Source: Tubiluchus corallicola
Taxonomy: Eukaryota > Animalia > Priapulida
DNA: 64,000 bases
NCBI GenBank assembly: GCA_030141605.1
Contig: JAQGDQ010000200.1
Coordinates: forward strand, 124,001-188,000
Direction: 5' to 3'
In this document: piece by piece, positions 1-14,309 of the stretch
Layout of the letters: each line of letters opens with the position of its first letter
Numbering within the stretch: the first letter of the stretch is position 1
Notes under the pieces: model-generated
The model's input: only the letters and a program-made list of their open reading frames with translations
The model's database searches: none
Told to the model about the DNA's origin: nothing
Translations under genes and position numbers: made by a program

Positions 1-371
1 GTTTTGGTTGTTCATGGTCTAAGCCATATAAATAGTTTCAGATTATGTTTGTCAGTAATTTGATTTTGTTTTTCCTTAATTAGTAATTGTATAGTTTCTT
101 CTATTTTTTAGTACAACCTTTTTGATTAATTTTATAACCCTTATTTTAATGTCATTGTTTGCTTACACTTACATTCGATGATTGTAAGTCCGTGAAGGAC
201 GAAAGTTCCTAGAAAAATAAAGGGTTTTGGGACTTAAAGAACACTTTGTCTTCATTATAATTTCGGCATACTTTCGTTATAAGCTCCGCTGAAAATTACA
301 GCGACTCCATTTTGTTTTGACTGAAAATGGCCGCTACGACTGGTTACATTAGAGGTGTAAAGAAGAAATAC

Positions 372-700
372 CTTGAAGTAGAGATGGTCTTTTGTTTATC
401 GTTGCTATTTTGCAGCAGATTTTGTAATCTCTTCAACCCCTCTTTCTGTCTCATCCGGTTTATCTCACTTTTCCTGTTGGAGTAGTTCGTGGCACCGGAA
501 AAAGTGCTTCCCAGTTCCCAACCCGACTGTGATCTATCCCCCAGGACGGACAGGGCTTTGCCCCTCTTGTTCTTGTCTCTCGGGAACAGGAAAGCGCGGA
601 TCCGCGAAATCGATCCCTTGGAAACGGTTCGAATTCTGTCCCAGGAAGTCGACAGCGACACGGTTGAAGTTGTCGATTCATGCCTCTCCAAACGCGGCAT
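372..700 (-). CDS. Probable coding exon of an unidentified gene (MPRLERHESTTSTVSL...KTISTS), continuing beyond left edge
   Basis: GC-elevated, non-repetitive 109-codon frame starting at ATG 700 (aagATGc) and ending at donor AAG|GTATTT at 372 (phase 2). No family recognised. Confidence 0.5.
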
Positions 701-900
701 CTTGAAGGTCAGTTTTATGAACAAAGACTAACGATGTTTTAATTGTGTTCCGTCTTGTAGTGAGAAGGACGTGAATAAATCACTTGAACAACTGCAATTC
801 TCATCAGAGGTCACAAATCTTCGTGTTTTTTGTTCACCTCCTGAGCGGCTTGAGTACGAAACACGAGGACCGTGAAGTCAAGTCAATTTGGCTTATTAAT

Positions 901-1154
901 TTGAGAATAAACGAACTCATAGACTCCAATATACACTTGGTATAGTACCTTAAGAAGGTTAGTACATGACTTGTTCACTTGAGAATAAACGAACTCATAG
1001 GCTCCAATATACACTTCGAAGACGCTTGATATAGTACCTTAAGAAGGTTAGTACATGACTTGTTCACTTGAGAATAAACGAACTCATAGACTCCAACATA
1101 CACTTCGAAGACGCTTGATATAGTGCCTTAAGAAGGTTAGTACATGACTTGTTA
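901..1154. repeat. Tandem repeat, 3 copies of about 89 bp (first copy 78 bp)
   Basis: TTGAGAATAAACGAACTCATAG at 901, 979 and 1068. Confidence 0.9.
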
Positions 1155-3597
1155 CCTTTTTCGGCTTTAAGATCTAATCAGCTTTCTTGGGGGCTTAACA
1201 ACTTTCCGTATAATCACAACTGTTTGCTTTCACGCGAAGTTATTCTGCGCTCTATTATGTCTGGCATTTTCTCAAAGTTTGTTTCAAGTGAGCTATTATT
1301 GGTTTTTTTTAAAACGTTTCTCGCACTGACAAAGGCAGTAAAATGTGCTCCAGTTTTGTCTGGCAATTACCATCAGACGACAATGCACCGAGACACGACA
1401 GCTTTTTGTCGTTTAAGATTTTCTGCTTTTGCTTCCGTAACGGCTGTCTGTCTATATACCAGAACCGTAGAAACGTGAAAAAACCATTTATCATTCGCAA
1501 AAACAAATGAAAATGCAATTGGTCTTCGTAAACTCTCGTGAGAAATTATAACAGCGCTAATTTGCAATACAAAAAAGGCTCTCGTGGAGATTCTTCACTC
1601 TCATTCACATAAATTTACTGACTCATTCAATCCAGCTTAACGTTTTCGAGTACTAATTACAGCACTAATTACTTTCTAAGCGCCCGTATTTAATATGCCC
1701 TTATATACTTTCGAGTACTGCTCTAGTCTGCTGGTTTTAATGAGTTCATATGAGATGACAGTAACTTCATTTAACTCAATTCCAAAAAAGTTTTTTTGAG
1801 ATACAATTATCACAAAAATATTATAAGTAAGTTAGTTCATAAAGGACTAAGACGTGTTTCAAGTCACTAACCGGGTATTGAATGAATGTTTGCTAGAACA
1901 AATCTTAATTACTACTGCAACTACATTGCTTCTATCAACACCCTGTTCGGTAATACTAGACAAATCAAACAGTCTATCTCAATCCAATTTTCGGGGCATT
2001 GACTGGTTCCTATACCTAGCTTGTCAACAGTTTCTGCACACTAAACAATATTACAATCACAGGCGATGGCAGCCATGAAACGATGATCGTAGCAATTTGC
2101 AGTTTTTCGCATCGATTATCGTAATTTGTGCGTTTTATCGGTGGTGCAATCAAAATATTTGGCCAAAAAATCGTTGTTCCCGCGTACTCGACTCCACGCA
2201 GGTGAAAGTGAATGATAAAATTAAAGCATCAGACGCCACGATAGGTGTATTCTCGAAGACAATAAGGTTCAGGTTACGTAGGGTTTAACCGAGGTGGGAT
2301 TTACTCAATATAATCTCAATCACCATCAATCTGTCATACCTGTAATTGTGTAATCAGGTTGCACAGGTAAAATACAGGTGTGAAATCGTCATGCGGGCCG
2401 AGTCAGCGCAATAAAATCGTACCAGAACACCTAAAATGTCTTTGTCGGTTTTGTTCAAACTCGCTTCCTCTAACGGTAGTTAATGTTGCAGTTTAACATC
2501 TAGACTTTGGAATAAAAAGAATTCCAAACGAATCACAGGTGGAGAGATCAAATTAAACCACAGTAATACTAGAGTTTAATTAAAACTTTAACAAAATTTC
2601 ACTAATTAGCGTCTGTGCATGTCACCTGCACGGAACGACACAGCGAAGTGATTTAAACTTAAGCGTAAAGTTTAGTAATAAATTTGAATGCTCAATATCG
2701 CGTTGTAGAGCTGCGAAGAAAACGTTCGTATCATTTAGGGTAAGCGATCGCTGAGCCCACGATTGCAAGCGGAGACGATTGCAACCTCGGTAATTTCAAC
2801 GCGAGTGCAACTGCTGTCAAATGCAAATTCAACTCAAGTAACTAATCCACGTTAATGAAACAGAAGTGAGTCGAGCTCAGCAGATTGCCGAATTCTTGAG
2901 ATAAGAAGGTACAATCCCCGCGATATCGTGAATTTAATACCACTTGCTAAAGCAGTCGCGGAACAATGCTGACTTGCGGTTGTGGGTTTAGTAACACACG
3001 GACCAAAAACATCGTCATGCATCGAAAGTTACGTCAGAAGTAGCGACTGCCTAAGGACGAGTGGGGCGTAGCGAGTGCAGGTTGCTGAAATAAACTTCAA
3101 CTGAAAAAAATATGCACGGTGCAAGACGGTCAAAATGTGCGTCTTTCATCAACAATTTTTATCACCAATTTTTTATCAAACCCATTGAGCACAATCAGTA
3201 ATTAGAAGGTGTATTTACTAAATTCTTCGCTAGATGGCGCAGAATCGCGCCTGCAGTAGGGCGGCAATCAAATTTTACAGTCGGCTGCATAAAGTTGATT
3301 GCTAAGTGTTTTACGTTTCAAGGCGAGTGTCCTAAATGCTTAGAGCCACCAAGCGAGAACTTGTTTTCTTTTGAATTCACTATCATTTAACTTATAAGCT
3401 CCACGTATTTGCATACAAAAGTAGCCTAGTTTTCGTGTTTAAAATCAAGTGCTGATAAATGAAGTAAATATAGGCCTAGGTCAGTCGTTTTGACGAATAT
3501 TATTAAAATCTGGATATAAAATTTTATAAATTTCTTTGCAGATGGTTAATTACGTAGTTTTTTAATAGCTTGTTCTGATTAAGTTGCATAATTTTAC

Positions 3598-3677
3598 CGT
3601 TGTTAATAGTAGTATGTTCCTGTTCATGTTTGCCATAATTATGTAGATATAGGTTCCAGTAACTGGGCTTGGGCAAC
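3598..3677 (-). CDS. Candidate 80-nt internal exon (LPKPSYWNLYLHNYGKHEQEHTTINN)
   Basis: Acceptor cttatgcag|, donor ACG|GTAAAA. Open in the phase-2 frame required by the upstream candidate exons. Confidence 0.35.
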
Positions 3678-3683
3678 CTGCAT

Positions 3684-4349
<666 letters not shown>

Positions 4350-5497
4350 AGTGGCAGTCAAGACATTCACATTATTTTAGCATAAAGCTTCTTTTTCTTC
4401 ATTCATATATCACCGAGTTCTTGCAGGCCTAATGTCACAGTAAAACAGAATATGTGTATAGACTGCATTTCACTGCTCAATTGTGTGTTTCTAGCAGTGC
4501 AACTCATAATTACTTTCTAAAGTTAAGCAAAACAAGTTCCTTGAAAGCTTGGATGGGCGATTCCAGGCTCTTAGGAAGCTCGCTGCTTGTAATTTTAGCT
4601 AATACACCTTACATTTTAAGTAATACTTATCTCGAGTTTAAACTAAATTTCTCACCCCGTATATTAGAACCAGTTCAGTTTGTTCGGGTCAAATACGTAA
4701 ATCTACTCAATAGTTTGAAGCAAATTTCATTACAATAATGTCAAATTAGTAGGTGAACATTAATAGTTATATTTTGCTGTTTAATTCTTTGACGTTTTTG
4801 CTTTGACAAGTTGATAAATATTCATTAGATACAGTCATTTACGTTATTTACTGGTATATAAATAGTCTGAATAACAGTTAGTAAACGACAACTATTAATA
4901 TTCACTTTGTTGTAACTTTCTCTGGTGACTCTTTCTCACGGCTATTTGACCGATATTTCAAAATGCTTGTGCGTCTGGCTTGATGAGTCGAATGGACGTT
5001 GTTACATTGTTTAACCTAATTAATGTACATTAAGAACCCATTCATATGCATCGGTGAGCCTAAAGTTAGGACACATTAGACCTGTTTAAAACGCATTAGC
5101 GACTTTTTAAACTTGCAGCCTAGGAACTTTTGCTAACCAGCTTCTAGCAGATAAACGTTCGACAAATTAGCTACTTATGTAAGATGTGATTTCAGTAAGT
5201 CAGTTAACATTAGAGATCAACGATTATTGAATTTTTAAAACCGTTTACACTTTCTGGAAAAAAGAGCAAACCGAAAACGAATTTTTGAGCTTTTTCCCGT
5301 ATTAGGAACCAAGAAATGCGCATAATTAATTAATTTATTATAATGTAAACAAAAATCTCACAGAAAACGTTGTGCAAAAGACAGCGTGGAGAACAATGGA
5401 AAACATGGCCTTATAATTTGGATTCGTTGCAATTAGGAAGCTATTTGTGATTTAAAATCTAAAATAAAAATAAACATTTTCAACAAATAAATATATA

Positions 5498-5585
5498 GAC
5501 AGACAGACAGACAGATAGATAGACAGACAAACAGGGGGCAGACAGACAAACAGGCAAAGAGACAGACACACAGACAAACAGGGGG

Positions 5586-5617
<32 letters not shown>

Positions 5618-5750
5618 TAGACAGGCAGATAGACGGACAGTCAGACAGGCGATAAATGGGCAGACAGCACAGAAGTGAAAGACAGACAGACAAGCAAACA
5701 GGAAGGCACAGACAGGAGACAGTTAGGCAGACAAGCAAACAAACAAATAA
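5498..5750. repeat. Degenerate (GACA)n
   Basis: Direct inspection. Confidence 0.9.
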
Positions 5751-5814
5751 GTAAATAAGTAAACAAAATTTAAAAACGATAGACCAATTTTTGATCTCGC
5801 CTTTTTTTTCTTGC

Positions 5815-5933
5815 CTGCAAAATAATTTTGAAACGTGAGGAAATGCAGAAATTGTAGAAGTTGAAACGACGTCACGGACATCAACCTCGTACAATTGTCT
5901 CTGATTACTATAAGCACGTTCAAAGTCTGCCAT
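5815..5933 (-). CDS. Candidate first coding exon (MADFERAYSNQRQLYEVDVRDVVSTSTISAFPHVSKLFC)
   Basis: Acceptor gtttttag|tgaaataATGG in good start context; GC-type donor CAG|GCAAG at 5815 (phase 2); flanked by a (GACA)n tract. Confidence 0.4.
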
Positions 5934-6644
5934 TATTTCACTAAAAACGTATTTGCTATTGAGGTCTAGGATAAACCTACACCAATGATGAGTTCAATTA
6001 CATGCGTTTGAGATTTCCTGTTCTTGCAATACTCGTTATTAAATGCTTTTTATTCTACACAGGTAAACATCAGGTAAGGATGTAAGTACAGGTGTGCACG
6101 CGATAATTAGCGTGTTGATGAGGCTGTAACTCCCTTCACGCTTAGTAAATTTTGCGGGCGACAGCGGTGAGTTATTGTTGATTCGAGCCATTAAGTTAAC
6201 AAGATTAGAAATGAAATGGTCGATCATAATATTAAATCATGGTTGTACTAATCTAGGGTGAATGGCAATTGCTGTGCAAATATATTTGATCCATTTACAC
6301 ACAAGCGATTACAAAGTAGTCACGTGGTTTGAACTCTTACCGGTTGCTCTATTTAATAAAATGATGAATCAGAAGTTTTTAAATTTTGTCTTAGGTCACA
6401 CTATATGCTCTCCTGCTGTCCCAGCACCCTTTCCACAATTAGTTTTATTTGGTTCTACAATTATATCCAGTTTGGGTTACAATCTTATGAAGTTTTCATC
6501 ACTGTAGTGGAAATTGTTGGAATAAATTTATGAAACAGAATTTTTTGATTTTTTAAGGGGGAAGGGAATTTTAAAATATGTCCCAAAGAACTTTCTGTAC
6601 AAAGTTTATGTTGATTCGTATTACGCTAACCTGGTCGAAATATA

Positions 6645-7030
6645 AAATATTCACACCACCTGGTAAAACGTCATTGTATCACCTTCCCAGTGTGCACCAC
6701 TGATTCACCAAAAACATATTATTGATCTTACTGACAATATAAAGTGATTTATGTCGGTAACTGGAAAAAAATTCTTAATAATTTAAAATATTCACACCAC
6801 CTGGTAAAACGTCATTGTAATACCTTCCCAGTGTGCACCACTGATTCACCAAAAACATTATTGATCTTACTGACAATATGAAGTAATTTATGTCGGTAAA
6901 TGGAAAAAGAAAATTCTTAATAATTTAAAATATTCACACCATCTGGTCAAACGTCGTTGTATCACCTTCCCAGTGTGCACCACTGATTCACCAAAAACAT
7001 ATTATTGATCTTACTGACAATATAAAGTAA
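6645..7030. repeat. Tandem repeat, about 2.7 copies of about 141 bp, at the head of a dispersed repeat
   Basis: AAAATATTCACACCA at about 6645, 6786 and 6927. Sequence 6968-7460 recurs in diverged form at 27601-28020. Confidence 0.85.
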
Positions 7031-7641
7031 CTTCTACTTTTGCTTAGTTAACGAATAGTATGCTACGAATACGCTGATTATTTTTTCAAGCTATAGGCAC
7101 TGCTGTCTAAACTTAATATATGAAGACATCTCCTAATACTTGTCATTTTAACTAAAAAAACGATGCATACCTTTGTAGTTTCAAAACGATTACCAAGAAA
7201 TAATTAAGAAATAAAAAATAATTATTTTGATAGCACAAGCTCATTCAACGCTTTTCATATTATCTAAACTTGTTTCAAACGACCTACCGTTAAAATGGTA
7301 GCGCGCTAACAGTCATCGCGGGATTTTAAAATATACAGGTTTTATATAGCGTTACTATCAACGCAAGCATTGTATGCAATAAGACAGCATGTAAGTGTTA
7401 TTTTTTAAGTCGAATTTTTCAAGTTTTATTAACAAAGAGTGTTTTTTCTTGTGCTTTTACAGATCGACTCTACATCATCAGACCGTAAGTTCTGGGGAAA
7501 ACTATGGGCGCTTTAAAGGCTGCCAAAGAAAAGACGACAATAACGGAAATCTTTTAACGCAAAACTTTCACTTGAGTTTGGTTGCTCAATTCCCCCCCCC
7601 TCGTGGTTCATGTGGCATGGAGGAAAATGAATTTCATTTAA

Positions 7642-8250
7642 AGGAAGACAGGATGATTTTTCACGTACAACCCCGTTTTCAAGTCAGATAAATAGTATAC
7701 ATTTTAATACAATTAATACTGCAAAGCGTTTCTGATAATTAAAAAATAGATTAAAAACTTAATTAACGTCGGACGAGCCCAACTATTAATGACGTCACAA
7801 ACTAGCGTAATTTTCAAAAGTAAAGATATTCCACGAGCGTGTTGCACGTGTTTGCAAAAGCAAAAATTGAAGTACAGTAAGAGATTCAGTGTGTTGTACT
7901 AAAACTAGGCAAGTTTTAAGATAAAAATTCAAATTTCAAATTTTCCACTGTGCTCACGCATGACCTGTCGAACGTGTGTAGTTCGTCACAAACTGACATC
8001 TGGACTGAGAGGTACAGCACCTGTTTTTTTGTGCAATGCGTTTCCGAAATGCAGGCGCTAATGTCCGTCTAATTAGCGAATGTCGCAATGCATGTAACAG
8101 CGAAGAACTAGTGGCGCGAACGTGAAATTGTGTTTGTGTGGTAATAATTCTTTCAGGTAACTCATTTTTGAAAAAATAGTGTGTTTCCTTTCAATATTTT
8201 AAAGAGTAGATTGCTTTGACTTACAGTTTTATATTGGGTCCGGTTTTGCT
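7642..8250 (+). mobile_element. Kolobok-like non-autonomous DNA transposon (MITE), copy A
   Basis: TTAA on both sides; imperfect TIRs AGGAAGACAGGA...TCCGGTTTTGCT; related copies at 27011, 29636 and 59675. Confidence 0.75.
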
Positions 8251-8844
8251 TTAAAGTTTTTCACTAATAATTATTATTCGTCAACAAAAATTTCAAACTT
8301 CTATCGAAAAGCATCTTATCTGATTTTAAATCTTTTTAATACTCGAACTGAACACCTTGAAATTGTTAAAACATTCCATTCTCTACAGTGGTGGTTTATC
8401 AATACATGGCCCCCACGTACAGGTGATAAAAAACCTAAATTATGGGCAGTTTTTCTGCACATCTAAGTTTGTTCTCGCCAGCGTGAAATGCCATTAAACA
8501 AGAAGAAAAACGATTCGCATGCAGGACCTTGCTACCTAGAGTCTAATCGGATCAACCTTCAAGGAATCCATATTGTTTCTACAATCAGCTGTTGTTGGGC
8601 AAAGCGCTCGCGAAAAAGGGAAACATTTTAGTTTTTGTGTTGCACAATAGCTTTCCAAACACACCAATCCGTAAACCAATCAGTAGTGACGGAGGACGAC
8701 CTTTGGAAAGTGGAATATCGACTGCCGTTTAGGCTTGTACTTTTAAGCTGTAGGTTATTTTTAACGTCCGCCTTGAGGTTTTACATTCTACTCACTTGGG
8801 GCACATTCACATAGTCGGTAACGACAATACGGTTAACAGTATAT

Positions 8845-8893
8845 CGTATATATTAATATACATAATAATATAATATAATATAATATGATATAC

Positions 8894-8972
<79 letters not shown>

Positions 8973-9035
8973 ATATTAAATATAATATATATATATAATA
9001 TAATATATGTTATATATATAATATAGTTATATATT

Positions 9036-9106
<71 letters not shown>

Positions 9107-9189
9107 ATATATAATGTACTGTTAACCATATAATGTATACAATAACTATAATATATGTTATATATACTAAGTATAGTTATATATTTATT

Positions 9190-9227
<38 letters not shown>

Positions 9228-9250
9228 ATATATATAACTATACGTATATA
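8845..9250. repeat. (AT)n-rich compound microsatellite
   Basis: Direct inspection. Confidence 0.95.
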
Positions 9251-9516
9251 TAGAGGTGCTGAGATTTATTTTATATGTATATGCTATATAAAAATGTACT
9301 GTTAACCATATAATATATACTATAACTATAATATATATACATATAAATATAAAATATAAAAATAATTAAAATTAAATAAATCTCAACGCATCTATATAGG
9401 TGTGTTGGGATCAATATATATATATATCTTGTTGGCAAAAAACATACAAATACAATATTTACAAGTGTGTGGTAGAAACACAAAGAGATTAACTGCTTAC
9501 ATGTCTCTATTGTGGT

Positions 9517-10116
<600 letters not shown>

Positions 10117-11220
10117 TTATTAATATTATCTGGTGCTGCTACCTATAATACTGCTTCTGCTAACATGTATTTGTAGTGAAATTCGCGTCTTGTAATCTAC
10201 TAATTAAGTTTTTTTGTGACTTAATAACGTGCAAAACTAGGTTATTGTAAGGACAACTGAATGTGCCTATATTAAAATGGCGTGCAGTTAAAAGTGACGT
10301 CACATCACTATAATCTGCGTCTGCGCCATGGTTTTGTGCTCTGCTGTGTCAGCAAGGTTATTAAAATGAAAGTGCTTTTGATAATATTAGGGAATATTTT
10401 TACCCTTAATCTGTGTCCATTTTCACATCGATCTTAACCACTTAGTCAATTTTTCACTACCTGCCCGCTGCCTACTACGTCATTTCCGCCAGAAACCCAC
10501 GGATTCACAGCGATATCCCAATTCTTACTGGCCCATCTCTTGATACTGATAGACTTCACGTATTAGTGCATAACTTTGTGGCGCCATCTTTGAGTGGATC
10601 GAGCAGTTAAACAACTTTAACTGTGATTTAGACAACTTTGTGGGGTCCCCTCGGGGCGGAAATAGAAGTTACCTAAGTCAAACGACAAAGGCACGTACCG
10701 TAATTTTGAAAGTAACGTCTTTCGCGGTTTTTTTGATTACTCCTGTAATTGTTAACTGCAGTATTATGTAGTTACTTAAAAACTTTATGTTTGTACTCAT
10801 AGAATACGGTACTCGATGGCATTTGAAACACCCCTTACCTAAATGCAAAACAGAGAGAATCAAGAACAGTTTTATCTTAAACGCATTATTTAATTTTGAA
10901 ACATAAATTTAAATTTATTTGATTATCTTCATGTAACATTGCTTGCCGCTCTATATTTTAACCTTACTTATTCCTTTAAACTTTCATGTTTTGTAACTTT
11001 ATGTTGTGTTGAGAATCAGCCTTTATTATTTGTAGTAATGAAAAAAACTATAACTACAGTATTCAGCGTATTTACGGCTCAAAAACGAGGCCTCATAATA
11101 ACCCTTTTCCTGTTCCAGCAGTTGATGATGATCGTGAAAAGGTCAAAGGTTAAGTAAACCAGACAACGTATTTGTGCACACCTGACAACGCCTCGCAGCC
11201 CATGCTGCTGTAATAGTAAC

Positions 11221-11526
11221 CGCTTTAACAGCTAGCTGGAACCTTACCTAGTTCATTTTTTCTTGTTTCCAAGCAAGATCCTGCTAGTAAATTACTCTAC
11301 GCACAGACTAATGCATTATTAAGTAAAGTCCACGGAAAACAACTGAATTTTGCTAAACTGATGCGGCAGATGGCTTTGCTTTGCCCGCATGTTACGTGAC
11401 GGTTAAATAGATGCGTTGCTATGGTACACTTATCCTGTAATCTACAGAAACTGCGCATGCGTACAACGAAACTGTGAAAAGGCTTATGAATCTTACCTAA
11501 TAGATTCTAAAATAACGATTCAAGTT
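11221..11526 (-). promoter_or_regulatory. Duplicated promoter plus non-coding first exon, copy 2
   Basis: RFX X-box-like GTTGCTATGGTAC at 11415-11427, TGCGCATGCGTA at 11452, donor TAG|GTAAG at 11248. Offset from copy 1 is 1470 bp. Confidence 0.5.
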
Positions 11527-11632
11527 GACGCTACTTTGGGGTTCGTTTATCCATAATGCTTGCAGCTGTGTAAAAGTTTATATAAAACTTATTTGTCACA
11601 GAATAATATTTTATTTAGTTTTAGATACTTAC

Positions 11633-12160
11633 TCATCGTCGAGAACCTCTAATTTGTCACCTTTCCTAAAAGAGATTTCTTCCTGTGTTCTTGCTTCAAA
11701 ATCGTAGAGTGCTTTTACTAAGAGTTTCTTTTCTAAAAACAACAAAAATTTGAAACTGTATTGTGCAGACGTGGAAAAAGATTCAGACAAACGTATTGTT
11801 AACTGATTATACGTATAATTATATTTTAAGTATTTATGTAGACTGTCTCTCAATCAAGTACTCATTAATAAACAAGTTATGCCAGAATCAACTACATGTA
11901 CTACTGTAATAACCGTAATACTACACTATCTGTATTAATTCCACATGTATTGCATTTCTGAATTAAGCAGCAACATTGTACATTATAATGTACAACTTGT
12001 ACTTTGCATGGGCTTATAGGCTTATGTACACCGAGAATCGTTTCTGTTATCGTATCCAATGTATTGGTTTTGTAAATTTCAATTAAGTATTAACTAACGA
12101 ACTAGTCGTATTTTTGAATTAACTAATTTGAGTTATTGCATACTCGAAGTAACTAATTGT

Positions 12161-12238
<78 letters not shown>

Positions 12239-13381
12239 CAGGCTAGATAACTAATTATCAGTAAAAGAATCATTTACTACAAAGTCTTTCGTATTTACTT
12301 AAATAAAACTAAGAATTTCTAGCGTGAATAGCCTGATCTGCTAACTTAGCCTTTTTGTTTTAAAACCACTAAATTCTTGGCCTTCAGACTAGAGCTTTCA
12401 ATGTGAAAAATTAGCTTAGCAAAAACAAACAGCAGATAAAACCATCTAAAAGTCCAGACTTCAGTTTTTCATATTGAAGGCTCTAGACGGACGATGGAGA
12501 ATTTAATGGTTTTAAAATAAAATACTAAGTTAACAGATCAGGTTATTAATTTTACTAATTTTACCTGGCTAATCAATTTATTTATTTATCTCTACATTTC
12601 TGTTTTTCGTCATATGATGGCGCCATCAAACACGTGCGGAAATCATAGAGAACTTTGTGTGTGTCAAAAATTTAAGGCTAATTTTACACACAGAGAAAAA
12701 CGTTTAGGTCGTCGTCACAAACCGATAATCGATAATTATCATTTAGTCATTTATTGTAAAGAATTTTCAATAATAGCGAATTAAAAATAAAAACTTAATT
12801 ATATATGTGAGTTTTTTCAACACACGATGGCGCCACCGATGAAACACTGATCACTTCAGAGAATAATGTACTAATTTATTTGTCGCATTTACAGCAACGA
12901 AGTTCTGAGTGACATAATTGTAATTAAAAATACAGTATTATCCTCATTAATGGTAAAGGGCTATTCACACCACAACTGCTTAACATAACATTACTAAATA
13001 CAGCACAATGCACGCACTGCACTAATACAGGGTTACAAAACGTATTACAAGAATAACACAGTGTACTATTATTTGTTCCATGTTTGGTTAACTAAATAAG
13101 TATGATTTTATTTATATTATATAAATGGGAATCGTTAGCTCTGCACTTTTGGGCTTCCGACTACAAAGATACAAGTTCTACATTTTGTACAATGCACTCT
13201 AGAAGTAAATTAGATGTTCAAGGCACGTTTGCTGTGCAACAACGATTTTCACAAACATCCATCTCTTACCTGTGATCACCTCCTCTTGTCGTGGAGGATC
13301 AGGTGGATCGGGTTCAGGAAGTGGACTTGGTGGAATCTTTGCTCGCTTAAACTTCAATGCCTTTCCAATGCAGTTTCCCAT
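11633..13381 (-). CDS. Src-family tyrosine kinase, first two coding exons (SH4/unique region and first half of SH3); remainder not found in window
   Basis: Exon 13381-13270 encodes MGNCIGKALKFKRAKIPPSPLPEPDPPDPPRQEEVIT (Gly2 myristoylation, Cys, basic patch) with donor AG|GTAAG in phase 1. Exon 11732-11633 is 100 nt, phase 1 to 2, and encodes EKKLLVKALYDFEARTQEEISFRKGDKLEVLDD (ALYD SH3 motif). Size and phase match the conserved Src-family SH3 exon. Confidence 0.8.
12327..12547. mobile_element. Palindromic MITE, about 220 bp
   Basis: Arms of about 85 bp: AATAGCCTGATCTGCTAACTTAG...CTAGAGCTTTCAAT versus ATTGAAGGCTCTAG...CTAAGTTAACAGATCAGGTTATT. Confidence 0.65.
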
Positions 13382-13431
13382 TTTGTTCTCTGAACTTCGA
13401 AACAAAAACAAGAACAGTTATGGCTTTTGAG

Positions 13432-13791
13432 TACGGGCGAGCATTCTCTACCAGAAAGGAAATTCGGATCGAATCGAATTTGCGACTTTCGAATTCGAAT
13501 CGAACCGAATTTCAGTACTGCGAATCCGAATCGAATTCGAATTGAGTTTGAAAGATTTTCGAACCACTAGTAAAAAGTGGTCTTACAAAGATCATGCATA
13601 TTACTTGATTTTGTTCTGCAGTAAAACCGCTATTAGTTTGTTAAAAATTTTGCACAGAAACTGCAGCTAAATTGTGCTAATTGCATGCTGTTTCAAAAAT
13701 TTTAATGATAAAGAATGTACGTGGCTGAAGTGCTGAATTATTCGAATCTATAATTTTAGGTTCGAATCGAATTCGAACGATGCTCGTCCTA
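13432..13791. mobile_element. hAT-like MITE with subterminal (TCGAA) repeats, just upstream of the Src ATG exon
   Basis: Termini TACGGGCGAGCAT / ATGCTCGTCCTA; degenerate 8-bp TSD CTTTTGAG / GTTGTGAG. Confidence 0.65.
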
Positions 13792-14309
13792 GTTGTGAGC
13801 CAGTTGTCAGCATTCCATGGAACATGGAATTCGGTCTAAAGAATGTCAACCCAGAGATTTGAAAAATAAAGAACAAGTACACAAAATTTTATTTTTAATA
13901 GCTGCCCATGTACAACAAAGAGGCGTACAGTAGTTGTTCCATTAAAATCTAGAAATTTCTCAGCTTGAAGGAAGATACGCATACTGATTCTGCCTGGGAC
14001 CTTGTTAGTTACGTAAACGATTGTTCTTGTGTGTGCGTTGAATGTAAATCATGACTGTGTCTTGACCTGCATACCTCTTTGCGCGTCATCTCATAAAACT
14101 TATGACAGCAAGCTAAGTTACTGGAAGTTTGCCTTTACCAGATATCTCCACTGAGCTAGCAATGCCGCGAAATTATTGATTTCACGTTGTAGTTGTTGCT
14201 GTTGTTTGTTTATGGTGTTGTTGTTTGGCTTGTTTGTTTATGTGTTGTTTACCCTGCCGTCGTGGTCGTCTAACTATATTTAACTAATAATAGCTCCAAA
14301 CATGAGCCT

